Made by a program: the position numbers and the translations under genes
From: a virus
Direction: 5' to 3' (one strand)
DNA: 64,000 nt
IMG/VR virus record: IMGVR_UViG_3300023202_000068
Span: 89,540 to 153,539 of that record
Notes under the pieces: generated by a model
Database searches by the model: none
Told to the model about the DNA's origin: nothing
The model's input: the letters and a program-made list of their open reading frames with translations, nothing else
Shown here: piece by piece, positions 18,767-29,543 of the stretch
Numbering within the stretch: position 1 is the stretch's first letter
Layout: each line of letters starts with the position of its first letter

Positions 18767-20379
18767 TGGCTGACGATTTAGAACTTGCAAAAATTAGATT
18801 AAGAGCTTACTTGAACGCTAGTATTAGAGGACCTAATACAGATGCGGTTATTGAGGCTTTGTCTACAGGTGCCTGTCACTTGATAGATAATGCAGAGGCT
18901 GTTAATGATTCACTATACATTGTAACTGCACAACAGAGATATCTTGATCAAAGATTAGCAGATAGGGATCTAACTAGACCGGACAATGTAGGGCTATCTG
19001 ACGAAGTGTTTCGTGAGATCGGTATTGAAGTTTCTAACAGAAAACAAGTAAGAGACTTAATACTTAATCTACTTAGAATTGTGTACGGAGAAGAGTTTAC
19101 AAGAGCTACTCTAAACTCAACTGAGTTTGAAACTTTTGCACTACAAGACGGTGACAACTTAATTCTTCAGTTTGATGACCAAGACCCTGTTGAGATATTC
19201 TTTGCTACTGAGCAGTTTACCAATATCAATGCAGCTACAGCACAAGAGGTAGCTGACTCAATTACAAGAGAGATTCGTAGGCTTGGAAGAACAGGCTCTG
19301 CAATCTCAAGAGATGACGGTGCTGGCGGCTTTGTACAATTAATTTCTGAAACAGACGGTCCCTCTTCTACTATTAGAGTTCTAGGTGGAAGAGCGCAAAA
19401 TGAACTTAAGTTTGAAAGCATTAGACCTACGTCTGGTGTTGCAGCAACTCAGTGGACTATAGAACCTGTAGCTGGTGGAGCTGTAAGGGCACGCTGGACT
19501 GGTGGTCCAAACCCATCCATAGGTAAGGTTAAAGTTAACGATTATGTTAACATTTTCGGCTCAGCTTTTGACCCAGCCAACCAAGGTACATACACGATTA
19601 CTGGTGTGCAGAGTGGATTGATTAATGATGCCTTTGTAGAGTTTGAAAACCCTAACGCTGTAGCAGAGACTCAGCTTCAAGGTACTTCTGATGGTGTGTT
19701 GTTCTTCAACCCTGTAAGATCTACCATTAACAGTAAGACAAACTTTGCAACACTCTATCAAGTGTCTGCGAGTGTTTTAGAAATATTCGTACCTGCAACT
19801 ACTAGGGTTGTTCGGAGACAAAGACAAGGTGCGGCACACATACAAGACGGCGTAGCATCTACAGAGGGCAATGAAGGTCCATATGTATACGATACTACTA
19901 AGGGCTTTACGATTGCAGAGCCTGAGGCAAATACCATTAACACTGTAGACTCAGGTAGCTCTAACATTATCCAAGTTGACGATGCCTCTGACGTACCTGA
20001 TGAGACTGGTTTTTTAATATTTGGCTTCGGTACTTCAAGAGAAGAAGGTCCTGTACCTTATATTTCTAGACCATCCTCCAATACTTTAATTATCGACCCA
20101 TCTTATACTTTTAAAAACGTGCATCCAGCAGGAACTAATATTTCACTGGTAGCTCAGAACTTTGCTGTGCAGATATCCAAGGATGGTCAAGACTACCCGT
20201 TTTACCTGACAGATGTGGTGTCTGGTCGAGTATATATGGAAGAGTTAATAGAACTTGTGGCTGCTACTGGTATTAATGTAGTTGTTACAATCCTGTATCC
20301 AAACGATGAAGGTTTAGGTAAATGGGGTGATGCAAATAATTCAGAGAAATTTTATGTCTGGGGTCCAGATCCATCTTAG
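18766..20379 (+). CDS. Baseplate wedge protein (gpI/gp7-like position)
   Basis: Follows J with TAATG overlap; TA..RYLD...R...LSDEVFR N-term and ELVAATGINV C-term. Confidence 0.65.
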   Translation: MADDLELAKIRLRAYLNASIRGPNTDAVIEALSTGACHLIDNAEAVNDSLYIVTAQQRYLDQRLADRDLTRPDNVGLSDEVFREIGIEVSNRKQVRDLILNLLRIVYGEEFTRATLNSTEFETFALQDGDNLILQFDDQDPVEIFFATEQFTNINAATAQEVADSITREIRRLGRTGSAISRDDGAGGFVQLISETDGPSSTIRVLGGRAQNELKFESIRPTSGVAATQWTIEPVAGGAVRARWTGGPNPSIGKVKVNDYVNIFGSAFDPANQGTYTITGVQSGLINDAFVEFENPNAVAETQLQGTSDGVLFFNPVRSTINSKTNFATLYQVSASVLEIFVPATTRVVRRQRQGAAHIQDGVASTEGNEGPYVYDTTKGFTIAEPEANTINTVDSGSSNIIQVDDASDVPDETGFLIFGFGTSREEGPVPYISRPSSNTLIIDPSYTFKNVHPAGTNISLVAQNFAVQISKDGQDYPFYLTDVVSGRVYMEELIELVAATGINVVVTILYPNDEGLGKWGDANNSEKFYVWGPDPS

Positions 20380-20387
20380 GAGAGTAA

Positions 20388-20813
20388 ATGGCTAAATCAA
20401 TTATGTTAACAGGCGCTCAGGTCAAGCTGTACATCGCCGGTAAGCTTTACCCAGAAGTTCAAAACTTGAGCTATACGATTGATTATGGTGAGCAGGAGAT
20501 TTACGGTATTGACTCTATATTCCCTCAAGAGGTGCGTACTACGCGCATGTCCGTACAGGGAGCTGTATCAGGGGTTCGAGTGAAGTTCAGCGGTGGAACC
20601 CAAGGAGCCAACGCTAGACCTCGTATAAATGAGATCTTTAATTCTCCATACGTGGCTATCAGAGTTCAAGATAGATTTACACAACAAGATATAGTTTTTA
20701 TACCACAGGCAAAAATTACAAGTGAGCAGGTGACTGTTCCGGCAAAAGGTGTTGTGAAATTGAATTTTAGTTTTAAAGGAATCATCCCATATCAAGAAAT
20801 TGATATTAGCTAG
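20388..20813 (+). CDS. Tail tube-like protein
   Basis: 141 aa; TGAQVKLYI.G....VQNLSY.IDYG...IYGID...PQE...SV.G pattern typical of myophage tube folds. Confidence 0.6.
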   Translation: MAKSIMLTGAQVKLYIAGKLYPEVQNLSYTIDYGEQEIYGIDSIFPQEVRTTRMSVQGAVSGVRVKFSGGTQGANARPRINEIFNSPYVAIRVQDRFTQQDIVFIPQAKITSEQVTVPAKGVVKLNFSFKGIIPYQEIDIS

Positions 20814-20844
20814 TAATAACAAGGAGTTGTGTAGAAGTTGGGGT

Positions 20845-20865
20845 AAATTATAATCTTTAAAGTAT
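20845..20865 (+). promoter_or_regulatory. Putative late promoter, 21-bp repeat copy 1 (AAATTATAATCTTTAAAGTAT)
   Basis: Identical to 24341-24361; intergenic. Confidence 0.65.
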
Positions 20866-20906
20866 CCCCCTTTCACAATTCCACTATATAATATGAAGGT
20901 AAACAA

Positions 20907-23675
20907 ATGGCTGTAAGACGCTCGCAAAATTGGCTGAATCAACAGAGGGTGGACGTACCAAACCTACGCTCCATTGAGTCTGCTGTTCGCACCGACTTCG
21001 ACGAGATGATTGGTGCCTTTGCCATAGGTGAAGGTAAATCCTACATAATTCGTGGTTTCGACATTAACATGGTAGGGGCTGTAGGCTCATCTGCCAACAG
21101 TCTACAGATGATCGTAGACGGTGCATCTTTATTTCACGGTGCATCAGACCTTGCAGGTACTTTTTTTCAGGTACCTGAAGGTACGGTAAACGAGGTTTTA
21201 AGCTCTACAACCAACACTAGAGTTGAAGGTGCTTTTACTCCAAATGCCTTAAACTACGTAGGAATTGAGTTTACCAGAGAAGTTGACAACAACACTTCTT
21301 CTCAGATTTTTCTTTGGAACCCGACTAATAGAACGGAAATCTCAAAGACTGCCCCACTAGCTCAAACATTTGACTATAAAATTGTAATTAGTTCATCTGT
21401 GTGGGACTCAAACGTCCTACCTATTTCAATCGTAAATACAGATGTATCTAACAACGTATCGACAGTTCAAGACAGCAGACCTATGCTCTTCAGACTTGGA
21501 ACTGGCGGAGTAAACACTCCAAACCCATTTAACAGATATCCTTGGACAAACCACGCTGAAGGAAGAGAGGAAAACCCATTTGTAAGTGGATCTTCCACTT
21601 CACCTTTTAGAGGTGGAGATAAGCAGCTTCTACACTTTAAAGAGTGGGCTGATGCTGTAATGTCTAGTCTACTTGAGGTTAAGGGTACTACATACTGGTA
21701 TTCTGAAAACAAAGGTGGCTCCATTGTAAAACTTCGTGGTGATATTTCATTACTACAACTTACAGGCTCTGGAAAGTTTTCACACAGTGCAAGTGTCCCT
21801 GGACAGATGAACTGGGATAACGACATATTCCTTAACTACATTGGCTCTAGGCTTAAGTATAAGATAAACGCTAATGAATTATCTACAGACGTAACACTTG
21901 CAGACAATGCCGTAGCCTACATCAACTTAGTTCGTGGTATTCAAATTACCCCTTCACTAGTTTTCACTAATGGTTCTCCGATAATCACATCGGTTGGAGC
22001 AGTTTCGTGGACTGGAGATGTTCAAGCTGGTGATTATATTAAAGTTGCTGCTGAAGATGACACAGAATACTTTGAAATTTTATCAGTAGATTCTGCATCA
22101 CAAATTACTCTTGTTGAAAACTTTGACGGTGACTCAACAGGTTCTGCAGGAACCCTAGCTACCTATGCTTTTGGTACCTACGAGGCAAATGCCGCACCTA
22201 GTACAGACAGACATATTAGAATTGTAGATAGGAAAGACGTACCTTTCGAAGAAGATGTTTACTGGTTATTCTACAGAGATGACAACGGTGGTTCTGCAGC
22301 TAAGATCTACCTTCGTGGTTCAAACGGTGGTGAGTTAGAGCAGGGTGAGGACAGAGAGATATCTGACAACACTACCCTTGACGTTCTAGACTACATGGGA
22401 TCACAGTCAGAGACCGATACAACTCCAGACTACACAAACGCAATTGTCGTAGGTGTTGCTGAAGAAACTACAATCACAATGCCTGGAATTGGAGCTACAT
22501 CTTCTGGTGATAGATTCCACTTGAACTCTGCAAACGACTTAAATCAGTTCTACGTATACGCAACTGTTGACGCAGCTCCTGCAGACCCTGCACCTGCTGA
22601 CCTAACACCTATTGAAGTAGAAATACTAAGTACAGATACTAACTTACAACAGGCTGCTAAGTATGCAGCGGCTATTGACGCCATCGGGTTCTTTAACGCA
22701 GTAGATAATCTTGACGGTACAGTAACGATCACCAACTCACAGGTTGGAGACACTTCTGATGCTACAGACATCGATATGCCTGCAGGTTTCAGTATTAACA
22801 TTGACACTCAAGGTATTGGGGCTTTTAACCAAGTACTAATCGATGATGAAAACCTTACACAAGGTTTGAAGAGAGTCGATGAAGCTATTAAGATATTAAA
22901 CGCTTCAAACGATGTAGAGCCATACGAAGAGAGAATTGACTTAATTGCAGGTGCTCCTGCAAACGATAGAGAGTTGACAGCTCCTGTTGCAGCTACTACG
23001 CCGATTAAGATCCCTAGAAACACAAGAAACGGAGACATCCAAGAAAGCTACGTTATTAACGGTGCTGACCTGGTTCTGTTCCTAAATGGTCAAAGACTAG
23101 AGCTTGGTAAGGACTACGTTGAAGATACAGCGACTACTTTTAGTCTAACATTTGACCTTATAGAGCTAGATACTTTAACCGTAACTAAAGCTGAAACTAT
23201 CGGCGGTGGTTTAGGAAGTGGTGGTTCTTCAACTGGAGTTAATCTAGGTGCAGCCCAGTCTGCAGACGTTTTCAAGCAAACTGTTGGAAGTCAACTTCAG
23301 TTTAGAAGGCTGGCTGCTGGTTCTGGTATTACCATTACAGAGAACGCTGACAACATTACACTAGCTTCAACTCCTGCGGTAGCCAATAGCACTATTAGAA
23401 CTGTAACGGTCAATGATAGTGTTACAACTGCTGACGATGTTGTACTAGTTGCAAACTCAGGTTCTGACATAACACTCACCCTACCAGACGCAACAACTGC
23501 TCAGGGTAAGAAATTTGATATTAAGAAAATTGACGCTGGAAACACACTATTTATCAAGTCAGTCTCAGGACAGACTTTAGACGGTGTTAACATTGACGCG
23601 GCACCACAAGCGGTAACAGTTCAGTATGAAAATACAACTATTATCAGTAACGGTGCTAACTGGTTCGTATTGTAA
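20907..23675 (+). CDS. Tail fibre / baseplate-attached structural protein (922 aa)
   Basis: Position after baseplate genes; beta-rich; LVLFLNGQRL..G.DY and C-terminal TLTLP.A....G....IKK.D fibre-type domains. Confidence 0.7.
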   Translation: MAVRRSQNWLNQQRVDVPNLRSIESAVRTDFDEMIGAFAIGEGKSYIIRGFDINMVGAVGSSANSLQMIVDGASLFHGASDLAGTFFQVPEGTVNEVLSSTTNTRVEGAFTPNALNYVGIEFTREVDNNTSSQIFLWNPTNRTEISKTAPLAQTFDYKIVISSSVWDSNVLPISIVNTDVSNNVSTVQDSRPMLFRLGTGGVNTPNPFNRYPWTNHAEGREENPFVSGSSTSPFRGGDKQLLHFKEWADAVMSSLLEVKGTTYWYSENKGGSIVKLRGDISLLQLTGSGKFSHSASVPGQMNWDNDIFLNYIGSRLKYKINANELSTDVTLADNAVAYINLVRGIQITPSLVFTNGSPIITSVGAVSWTGDVQAGDYIKVAAEDDTEYFEILSVDSASQITLVENFDGDSTGSAGTLATYAFGTYEANAAPSTDRHIRIVDRKDVPFEEDVYWLFYRDDNGGSAAKIYLRGSNGGELEQGEDREISDNTTLDVLDYMGSQSETDTTPDYTNAIVVGVAEETTITMPGIGATSSGDRFHLNSANDLNQFYVYATVDAAPADPAPADLTPIEVEILSTDTNLQQAAKYAAAIDAIGFFNAVDNLDGTVTITNSQVGDTSDATDIDMPAGFSINIDTQGIGAFNQVLIDDENLTQGLKRVDEAIKILNASNDVEPYEERIDLIAGAPANDRELTAPVAATTPIKIPRNTRNGDIQESYVINGADLVLFLNGQRLELGKDYVEDTATTFSLTFDLIELDTLTVTKAETIGGGLGSGGSSTGVNLGAAQSADVFKQTVGSQLQFRRLAAGSGITITENADNITLASTPAVANSTIRTVTVNDSVTTADDVVLVANSGSDITLTLPDATTAQGKKFDIKKIDAGNTLFIKSVSGQTLDGVNIDAAPQAVTVQYENTTIISNGANWFVL

Positions 23676-23684
23676 GGGGTTACA

Positions 23685-24116
23685 GTGACTTTTAGACCAT
23701 ACAATCAACTTACAGCATCAGGTGTAACAGACACTAGACCTAACAACACTGGAGTTACCATACCAAAGGCAACGCCAGTTAGGATGAACTCTAGCGGTGA
23801 ACTTGATTTTGTAAACGTATCTGTCGAGTCTGAGGTTTTTGGAATCTCTGGAGTAACTAACTCTGATATAGCCAACGGTAGCTCTGGAAACTTAAACAGT
23901 GCAGGTAAGGTTAGTAACATAACAACTTCCGGTGCTTTTGGAGATCTTCTCTATATATCTAAGTCTGGAGGGTTGACAGAAGTGAAGCCAAGCATAGGTG
24001 TTGCTGGCTTTGTGGCTGGAGACTTCGTAGTTTCAATAGGAGTTATAGGTAAGAATGAGAGTGACCCATTGTTAAAAGATTTAATTGTTAACGTAGACAT
24101 CAAAGGACAACTGTAG
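23685..24116 (+). CDS. Virion appendage protein (capsid-cement/DUF2190-like fold)
   Basis: N.TG.TI.K.TPV...G...GDLLYIS..GGLT..KP pattern. Confidence 0.55.
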   Translation: MTFRPYNQLTASGVTDTRPNNTGVTIPKATPVRMNSSGELDFVNVSVESEVFGISGVTNSDIANGSSGNLNSAGKVSNITTSGAFGDLLYISKSGGLTEVKPSIGVAGFVAGDFVVSIGVIGKNESDPLLKDLIVNVDIKGQL

Positions 24117-24349
24117 TGGCTGGTCGGCATAAAAGAAGAAAAAGAAGCGTTGATATAGAGTCTATGACTACAGATCAGCTCAAAAGGCTGGAAGAAGACA
24201 TGGGTAAACAACTGGCTAAGATATTTGACAATGCTAATGTTGAGGCAAATAAGTTACTAAATGTATATGGTCTTGAGACCAAAATTGCCTATGAAATTAG
24301 TAAGAAAAGTGAAAAAAGTACAAAAAACAAAGAAGTTAGAAAATTATAA
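24116..24349 (+). CDS. Hypothetical protein
   Basis: GTG start overlapping the upstream stop; 77 aa. Confidence 0.6.
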   Translation: MAGRHKRRKRSVDIESMTTDQLKRLEEDMGKQLAKIFDNANVEANKLLNVYGLETKIAYEISKKSEKSTKNKEVRKL

Positions 24350-24361
24350 TCTTTAAAGTAT
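24341..24361 (+). promoter_or_regulatory. Putative late promoter, 21-bp repeat copy 2
   Basis: Identical to 20845-20865; 24 bp upstream of the TTG start at 24386. Confidence 0.65.
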
Positions 24362-24385
24362 AAGTTATCGTAGGGAGATTTTAAA

Positions 24386-26167
24386 TTGGCAGACATATCG
24401 ATTTTAAGTAGGTTAATCAACGGGATACAAAGAAACGTAGATTTATCTGCAAACACTTTAGTAGTCCAGTCACTAAAACTAGGTACTTCAGAGCTTACAA
24501 AGACCCAATTGGATCTTTTGGTCCTGACCACTGACTCAGCCACGGCTGTTGACGCTAGTGCTCAACACAATCATGACGGTAGATATAGGACTCAATCAGA
24601 ACTTAGTGCTACTGGTGGAGCGGCATTAATTGGCGCTGACGATACCGGATACACCAATGTTTCAGGCGCTACTATTCAGGCAATACTAGACTCAGTAGAC
24701 TCAGCACTATCAACTGCTGGTGGAAACACTTTTACTGACGATGTATTTCGTATTCAAGACGACGGCGACAATACAAAAGAAATTGCATTTCAAGCATCTG
24801 CAATAACGACTGCTACTACTAGAACTGTTACAATGCCTGACGCCGATGTTGACCTCGGTCAAATATCTACAAACGCTACAGATATTGGTAACTTAGAGTC
24901 TGCACTGGGGAATTCAAACCCTGCAAACATGGGCACTTACACCGGATCTGTTTTAAGTGACGATCAAACGGCTAAGCAAAATTTACAAGAATTAGAAACA
25001 TACGCAGAAAATACAAGATCTTTAATCAACAACTTTGAGTGGCAAGCATCTGCAGCAGACTATATTGTCGATAACACCGTTGCACCTCCTACAGAAGTGT
25101 CTGGTGACAGGTATGTTTTATCTCATGACGGTGGAGCACCTAACGCAGATTGGGACGGAGCTTCCGCTGGTGATATTGTTGAGTTTGACGGCACTAGCTG
25201 GGTAGCTACTACACCTACCCTTGGTATGTTCATCTCTGTTGACGACGATCAATCTATCGTTTATCAGTGGGGTGGGACTTCTTGGGCTGACAAGGCTTTC
25301 GAGGCTACTACGGCTTCTACAGGTCTTACAAAATCTGGCTTTGACATTCAACTAGCAGATGCATCTGCAGCAAATGGTATTGCAGTTTCAAGTGGTGCGA
25401 TTAGTGTTTCACTAGCTGCAGACCCAGGATTAGAGTTTTCTTCTGGAAGTTTACAAGTTCTTGTAGACCCTGCAGGTGCTCTTGAAAAAGTTGCAGCAGG
25501 ATTAGACGTTGCAGACTTAGGAATTGATACGGCGAGATTAGCGGCTACTGCGGTAACTGCTGCCAAGTTAGGTTCTGATGTAGCTGGTGATGGCTTGCAA
25601 GGTGGAAACGGTTCTGCAATTGCAGTTGATGCTTCAGAAATTGCAGGTGATGGCCTAGAAGACGATGGTTCTGAAAACTTAAGAATCGCTACTAGTGCTT
25701 ACGACGGTGAAACCATTACTGGTGGAGGCGGATCTGCTGCGGCTGTACAACACGCTCCTGCAGTACAAGGTGTAGAAGTTGCAGGTGAGGCAATGGGTAC
25801 AGGACTTATCGCTGTTAGATATGGAAATAGTACACTAGATACCCCTGAAACTGCAGGTAGAGTTTACTTGGCAGACCCAACAGAGTTGACGCTAGTTAAA
25901 GCTGGTGGAAACCAAGATGCATTTCACGCAATTGGGTTGGCTATCGCAGCTTCAGAAACTGCCGGTACAGACATTAATGTTGTTAAACATGGAATTATTA
26001 CAGCTACAGCTCACGGCTTAGCAATTGGTCAACCTTGTTTTCTAGACGATGATGGTGCGGTTACTTCAACACCACCAAGTGCTAGCGGTGAAGCATCTGT
26101 AAAATTAGGTATACCTAGAGATGCAAATACGATTGATGTTAACATTCAAATCATGGGTGTCAACTAA
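24386..26167 (+). CDS. Fibre-like virion protein with DUF2793-like segment and C-terminal cement-like domain
   Basis: PP....GDRY......W.G...DIVEFDG..W....P..G; A/G-rich GL repeats; GGGAG SD. Confidence 0.65.
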   Translation: MADISILSRLINGIQRNVDLSANTLVVQSLKLGTSELTKTQLDLLVLTTDSATAVDASAQHNHDGRYRTQSELSATGGAALIGADDTGYTNVSGATIQAILDSVDSALSTAGGNTFTDDVFRIQDDGDNTKEIAFQASAITTATTRTVTMPDADVDLGQISTNATDIGNLESALGNSNPANMGTYTGSVLSDDQTAKQNLQELETYAENTRSLINNFEWQASAADYIVDNTVAPPTEVSGDRYVLSHDGGAPNADWDGASAGDIVEFDGTSWVATTPTLGMFISVDDDQSIVYQWGGTSWADKAFEATTASTGLTKSGFDIQLADASAANGIAVSSGAISVSLAADPGLEFSSGSLQVLVDPAGALEKVAAGLDVADLGIDTARLAATAVTAAKLGSDVAGDGLQGGNGSAIAVDASEIAGDGLEDDGSENLRIATSAYDGETITGGGGSAAAVQHAPAVQGVEVAGEAMGTGLIAVRYGNSTLDTPETAGRVYLADPTELTLVKAGGNQDAFHAIGLAIAASETAGTDINVVKHGIITATAHGLAIGQPCFLDDDGAVTSTPPSASGEASVKLGIPRDANTIDVNIQIMGVN

Positions 26168-26169
26168 TT

Positions 26170-26180
26170 TGTGGTATATG
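26170..26180 (+). promoter_or_regulatory. Recurrent intergenic motif TGTGGTATATG (putative promoter)
   Basis: Exact match to 12775-12785. Confidence 0.5.
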
Positions 26181-26197
26181 GGAAGTATGGAGAATAA

Positions 26198-26515
26198 ATG
26201 GCAAAACTAGAATTAATTGGAGGCATACCCAGGATGAGACCAGAGTCTGCCAATCCAGCCATTTATGATGAAACCCTAGAGATTGTGGGTAGCGGCGCAG
26301 GTGCAGGTCAGTTGAACGGACCTATCAGCGCAGGAACTCCAATTACACTACCATCTTCTAAGACTTACACAGGTGACGAGCTTGAGGTATACTTGGAAAG
26401 CGATAGATTAATACCAATTTTTGATTATTCATATAGTTCAGCCACACAGATCGCCTTTACGTTTGAGATAAAGGTTGGAGACGTGATTAGGTTGAGAATA
26501 GATAGAGGCGCATAA
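26198..26515 (+). CDS. Small virion protein
   Basis: ELEVYL...RL....DY...IAFTF...GDVI resembles the module near the C-term of 20907-23675. Confidence 0.6.
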   Translation: MAKLELIGGIPRMRPESANPAIYDETLEIVGSGAGAGQLNGPISAGTPITLPSSKTYTGDELEVYLESDRLIPIFDYSYSSATQIAFTFEIKVGDVIRLRIDRGA

Positions 26516-26517
26516 AC

Positions 26518-28530
26518 ATGGCTAGAACGATTACTGATTCAAGACAGATAGCTTTAAGAAGGTTCTTAGAGCAGCTTGGAAATCGCACACACCACGACGG
26601 CACTACAGATGCCAAACCTGCTGGTGTATCTGAGTTAGACAATCTATTAGACTCTATTGACTTAGAGTTAACACCTCCACTAAAGCTTGACGCTTCAAAC
26701 CCAGCAAATCTTACGATCAACGTAGGCGCTGCTATTGTAACTAACACAGAAACAAACAGAAACAGAACAATCCCACACGTAGGAAGTTTACTTCCTAATG
26801 ACTTTACATCGGGAACAGTTGTATTTCCATCCTCTAGTGGTGGAAATATTACCATTACACCTGGTAACGACTCTATATTAACAGTACCTAGTAATGAATA
26901 TGTTAGTGTTTTACTTTATTTAGACCCAAATGGAGATCTAAATGTACTTGTAGGTGAGTCAAATGCTGTTGAGGCAGATGCAAGTGTACTTCCACCACCC
27001 ACAAACACCCTTCCGATAGGGTACGTTACCCTTTTCAACAATGCCGGTACTATAGACAATGTTGAACAGACAAAGATATTCCAATTTGGAACTGGTGCTG
27101 GCGGCGGCGGTGGAGCTGGAGATTCTTTCAGCTTTGAAGATACGATAACAGATAGACTTTGTGATTCAATTTTTGAAGCAGCCACACCTTACATTGCTGA
27201 AAGAGAACAAGACGAGCTAATCGATGTTTCCAGTACAGGGGCATTTGATCTGGTGTCTAACAGGTTTAAGTTAGAATCTATTGGAGAAACTCTAGTATCA
27301 GAGGCACTGTTGGATGATGATTTTTTAGCATCAGAACTTGCAATCGATAAAGCAGAAGTGTTGTTGAAGTTTGACAGTGAAGGACTTGATACGGCAGCAG
27401 TAGTTGAGCTGAGTCGTAACGGTGGTACTGAGTGGCAAGCTGTTACTATGGAAAGAATAGATACCAGTAATGTATTTAGGGGGCTTTTAGAGTTTGAAGC
27501 TGAAGCTGCTAATCAGACAATAGTAGAATATGCCAGTTCAAACATTGATTCAACTGAAGTTTTAACAGATACACTAGAGCGCGTAGGTCAAATATTCACG
27601 TTAGCTAACACCACACAACTGAGAGATATAGAATTATACTTGGAAAAAACAGGTACACCAATTGGTAACTACAGCGTAAGGGTTGTTAAGGATAATTCTG
27701 GAGACCCTAGTACAGACGCAAATGATCTTGTTTATGAAAGCGCACCACAAAATATAGAAGACTTAACGGCAGGAAATAATACGATTAATGTAGGACTTGC
27801 ATCGGTTTTACCAGCAGGTGACTATCACATTGTTATAGTTACAGATGCTACTTACAGACAGCTAAGTTACAACGCTGGTGTTGATGAGATTGCTGTGAGA
27901 ACAGATGCTTCATCTCCTGGCATTACTGAAGCAAATACATATTCTGCATCTGCTTGGTCTGCCTTGACTGGAGAAGCTGTTCCTCATAAGATTGACGGCA
28001 TTGAATTAGACTTAAGACTTAGGGTTACCAGTTCGGTTGTAGATGTTTTACTAGAGGGCTTTGGTGTCCTTTATGAACAAAATATAGGCAACTTAGCTAC
28101 GGCATCTATAGTTGATGGTATTACAAAAGTAAGTTTTAAGGCAGTGGCTGACAATTCAAATAGTTTTGCCCTACCATTTACTCCAAATCCAGATACATTA
28201 GTGGCTTATTTACTTGGGTCTGGAATGAGTTTTAGATATGGAGACTTTAGTGTTCAAGGCAATACTGTAATTTTTGCACAAGACCAATTTAACAATGGTG
28301 GGTTAGAAAAGACTCAAACGGTTATATTCGATCAGCTTCGAGGCGGAGCTTTTGATAATAGTGATGTCAATAGATTATTAATTGCTGCCAACCACCTTGG
28401 TAATGAAGACGGTGGACCTAATGATTTAAGCGTTGCAGGTCGAGGATTGTTCCTTAGAAGCGCAGACGGAACCAAGTGGGAAGTGACGGTGTTAGACGAT
28501 GGCAGTATTGAAACTGTGGAGGTAGTATAA
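26518..28530 (+). CDS. Tail fibre / virion structural protein (670 aa)
   Basis: Acidic beta-rich protein, poly-Gly linker, C-terminal LRSADGTKWEVTVLDDGSI motif common in fibre proteins. Confidence 0.65.
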   Translation: MARTITDSRQIALRRFLEQLGNRTHHDGTTDAKPAGVSELDNLLDSIDLELTPPLKLDASNPANLTINVGAAIVTNTETNRNRTIPHVGSLLPNDFTSGTVVFPSSSGGNITITPGNDSILTVPSNEYVSVLLYLDPNGDLNVLVGESNAVEADASVLPPPTNTLPIGYVTLFNNAGTIDNVEQTKIFQFGTGAGGGGGAGDSFSFEDTITDRLCDSIFEAATPYIAEREQDELIDVSSTGAFDLVSNRFKLESIGETLVSEALLDDDFLASELAIDKAEVLLKFDSEGLDTAAVVELSRNGGTEWQAVTMERIDTSNVFRGLLEFEAEAANQTIVEYASSNIDSTEVLTDTLERVGQIFTLANTTQLRDIELYLEKTGTPIGNYSVRVVKDNSGDPSTDANDLVYESAPQNIEDLTAGNNTINVGLASVLPAGDYHIVIVTDATYRQLSYNAGVDEIAVRTDASSPGITEANTYSASAWSALTGEAVPHKIDGIELDLRLRVTSSVVDVLLEGFGVLYEQNIGNLATASIVDGITKVSFKAVADNSNSFALPFTPNPDTLVAYLLGSGMSFRYGDFSVQGNTVIFAQDQFNNGGLEKTQTVIFDQLRGGAFDNSDVNRLLIAANHLGNEDGGPNDLSVAGRGLFLRSADGTKWEVTVLDDGSIETVEVV

Positions 28531-29543
28531 TGGCTATCTTAAGAGATGATAGAAAAAATTACATTATCAATGGGGCATTTGATTTTTTTCAAAGAGCTGT
28601 TTCTAATTCTGGATCTGGATCTTTAGCGTCTAATTATGAAACATATGTAGGACCTGATAGGTTTTCAGTCGTCAGAATTGGCCTTGGTGCCGCAGGCGAT
28701 GAATTTCAAAGATCAAGTGCAGTTCCAAATGATAATTTTAGATACAGCTTAAATGCTTCAAGGGGTGTGAGTTCAGCTTCAGACTCTCTTTACATTGCTC
28801 AAAAAATAGAATCCGACAACGCAAAAGAGTTAGCAGGAAAAACGTGTTCTGTCTCTTTTTGGTGTTATGCAGGTACGAACGTAGATCAAATGACACTTAG
28901 ACTAGGCTATCCAGCGAATATAGATGATTATCCAGGTACAACTACATTTGCAACTGTAGATTTAAGTTCTCAAATAGTGAATGATTCTTGGGTGCTATAT
29001 AAAGCTGAAAACATCAGCGTGGATGTATTATCTAGCAGAGGTATACAGGTAAGAATCCAGTTTGAAAATACAACTGGAACTGGTGACATTGGTATGAATA
29101 TCACTGGAGTAATACTAAATGAAGGAGATGTTTGTTCACCATTTAAAACGGCAGGTAAAAACACAGCAGAGGAATTATCATTCTGTCAAAGATATTACGA
29201 AAAAAGTTATAATATCGGCGTTTCTGAAGGTGCCACAACATCTACACGAGGAGCTTTTGCAGGCTATAAAGCTGACCTAAATAATCCTGGTGCAACACGC
29301 TTTTACTTAAATATAGATTTTTTATCTAGAAAAAGAGCGACACCCACTGTTTCATTTTGGGGCCATAGAAGTACGTATGCGTCTAACACAATCAATAGAT
29401 ACAATGCTAATGAGAATATAAGTGTCAATACTTCTAACACACTTGTAGCTGAAATTGGTGTCAGGGGCTATTTAGACGCCAGCCCTACAAGCTTGCAAGA
29501 TAGCGCTTACTTAACTCACTGGGCAGCGGACGCGGAGCTATAA
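28530..29543 (+). CDS. Tail fibre / carbohydrate-binding-like protein, paralogue 1
   Basis: NYIINGAFDFFQR...DRF...EL..CQRYY...DAEL architecture. Confidence 0.7.
   Translation: MAILRDDRKNYIINGAFDFFQRAVSNSGSGSLASNYETYVGPDRFSVVRIGLGAAGDEFQRSSAVPNDNFRYSLNASRGVSSASDSLYIAQKIESDNAKELAGKTCSVSFWCYAGTNVDQMTLRLGYPANIDDYPGTTTFATVDLSSQIVNDSWVLYKAENISVDVLSSRGIQVRIQFENTTGTGDIGMNITGVILNEGDVCSPFKTAGKNTAEELSFCQRYYEKSYNIGVSEGATTSTRGAFAGYKADLNNPGATRFYLNIDFLSRKRATPTVSFWGHRSTYASNTINRYNANENISVNTSNTLVAEIGVRGYLDASPTSLQDSAYLTHWAADAEL

Noticed and set aside
9924-20813. Bacterial eCIS, tailocin or T6SS locus
   Set aside because: Embedded among phage replication, RNR and RNA-repair genes with no host genes, so it is a phage tail module
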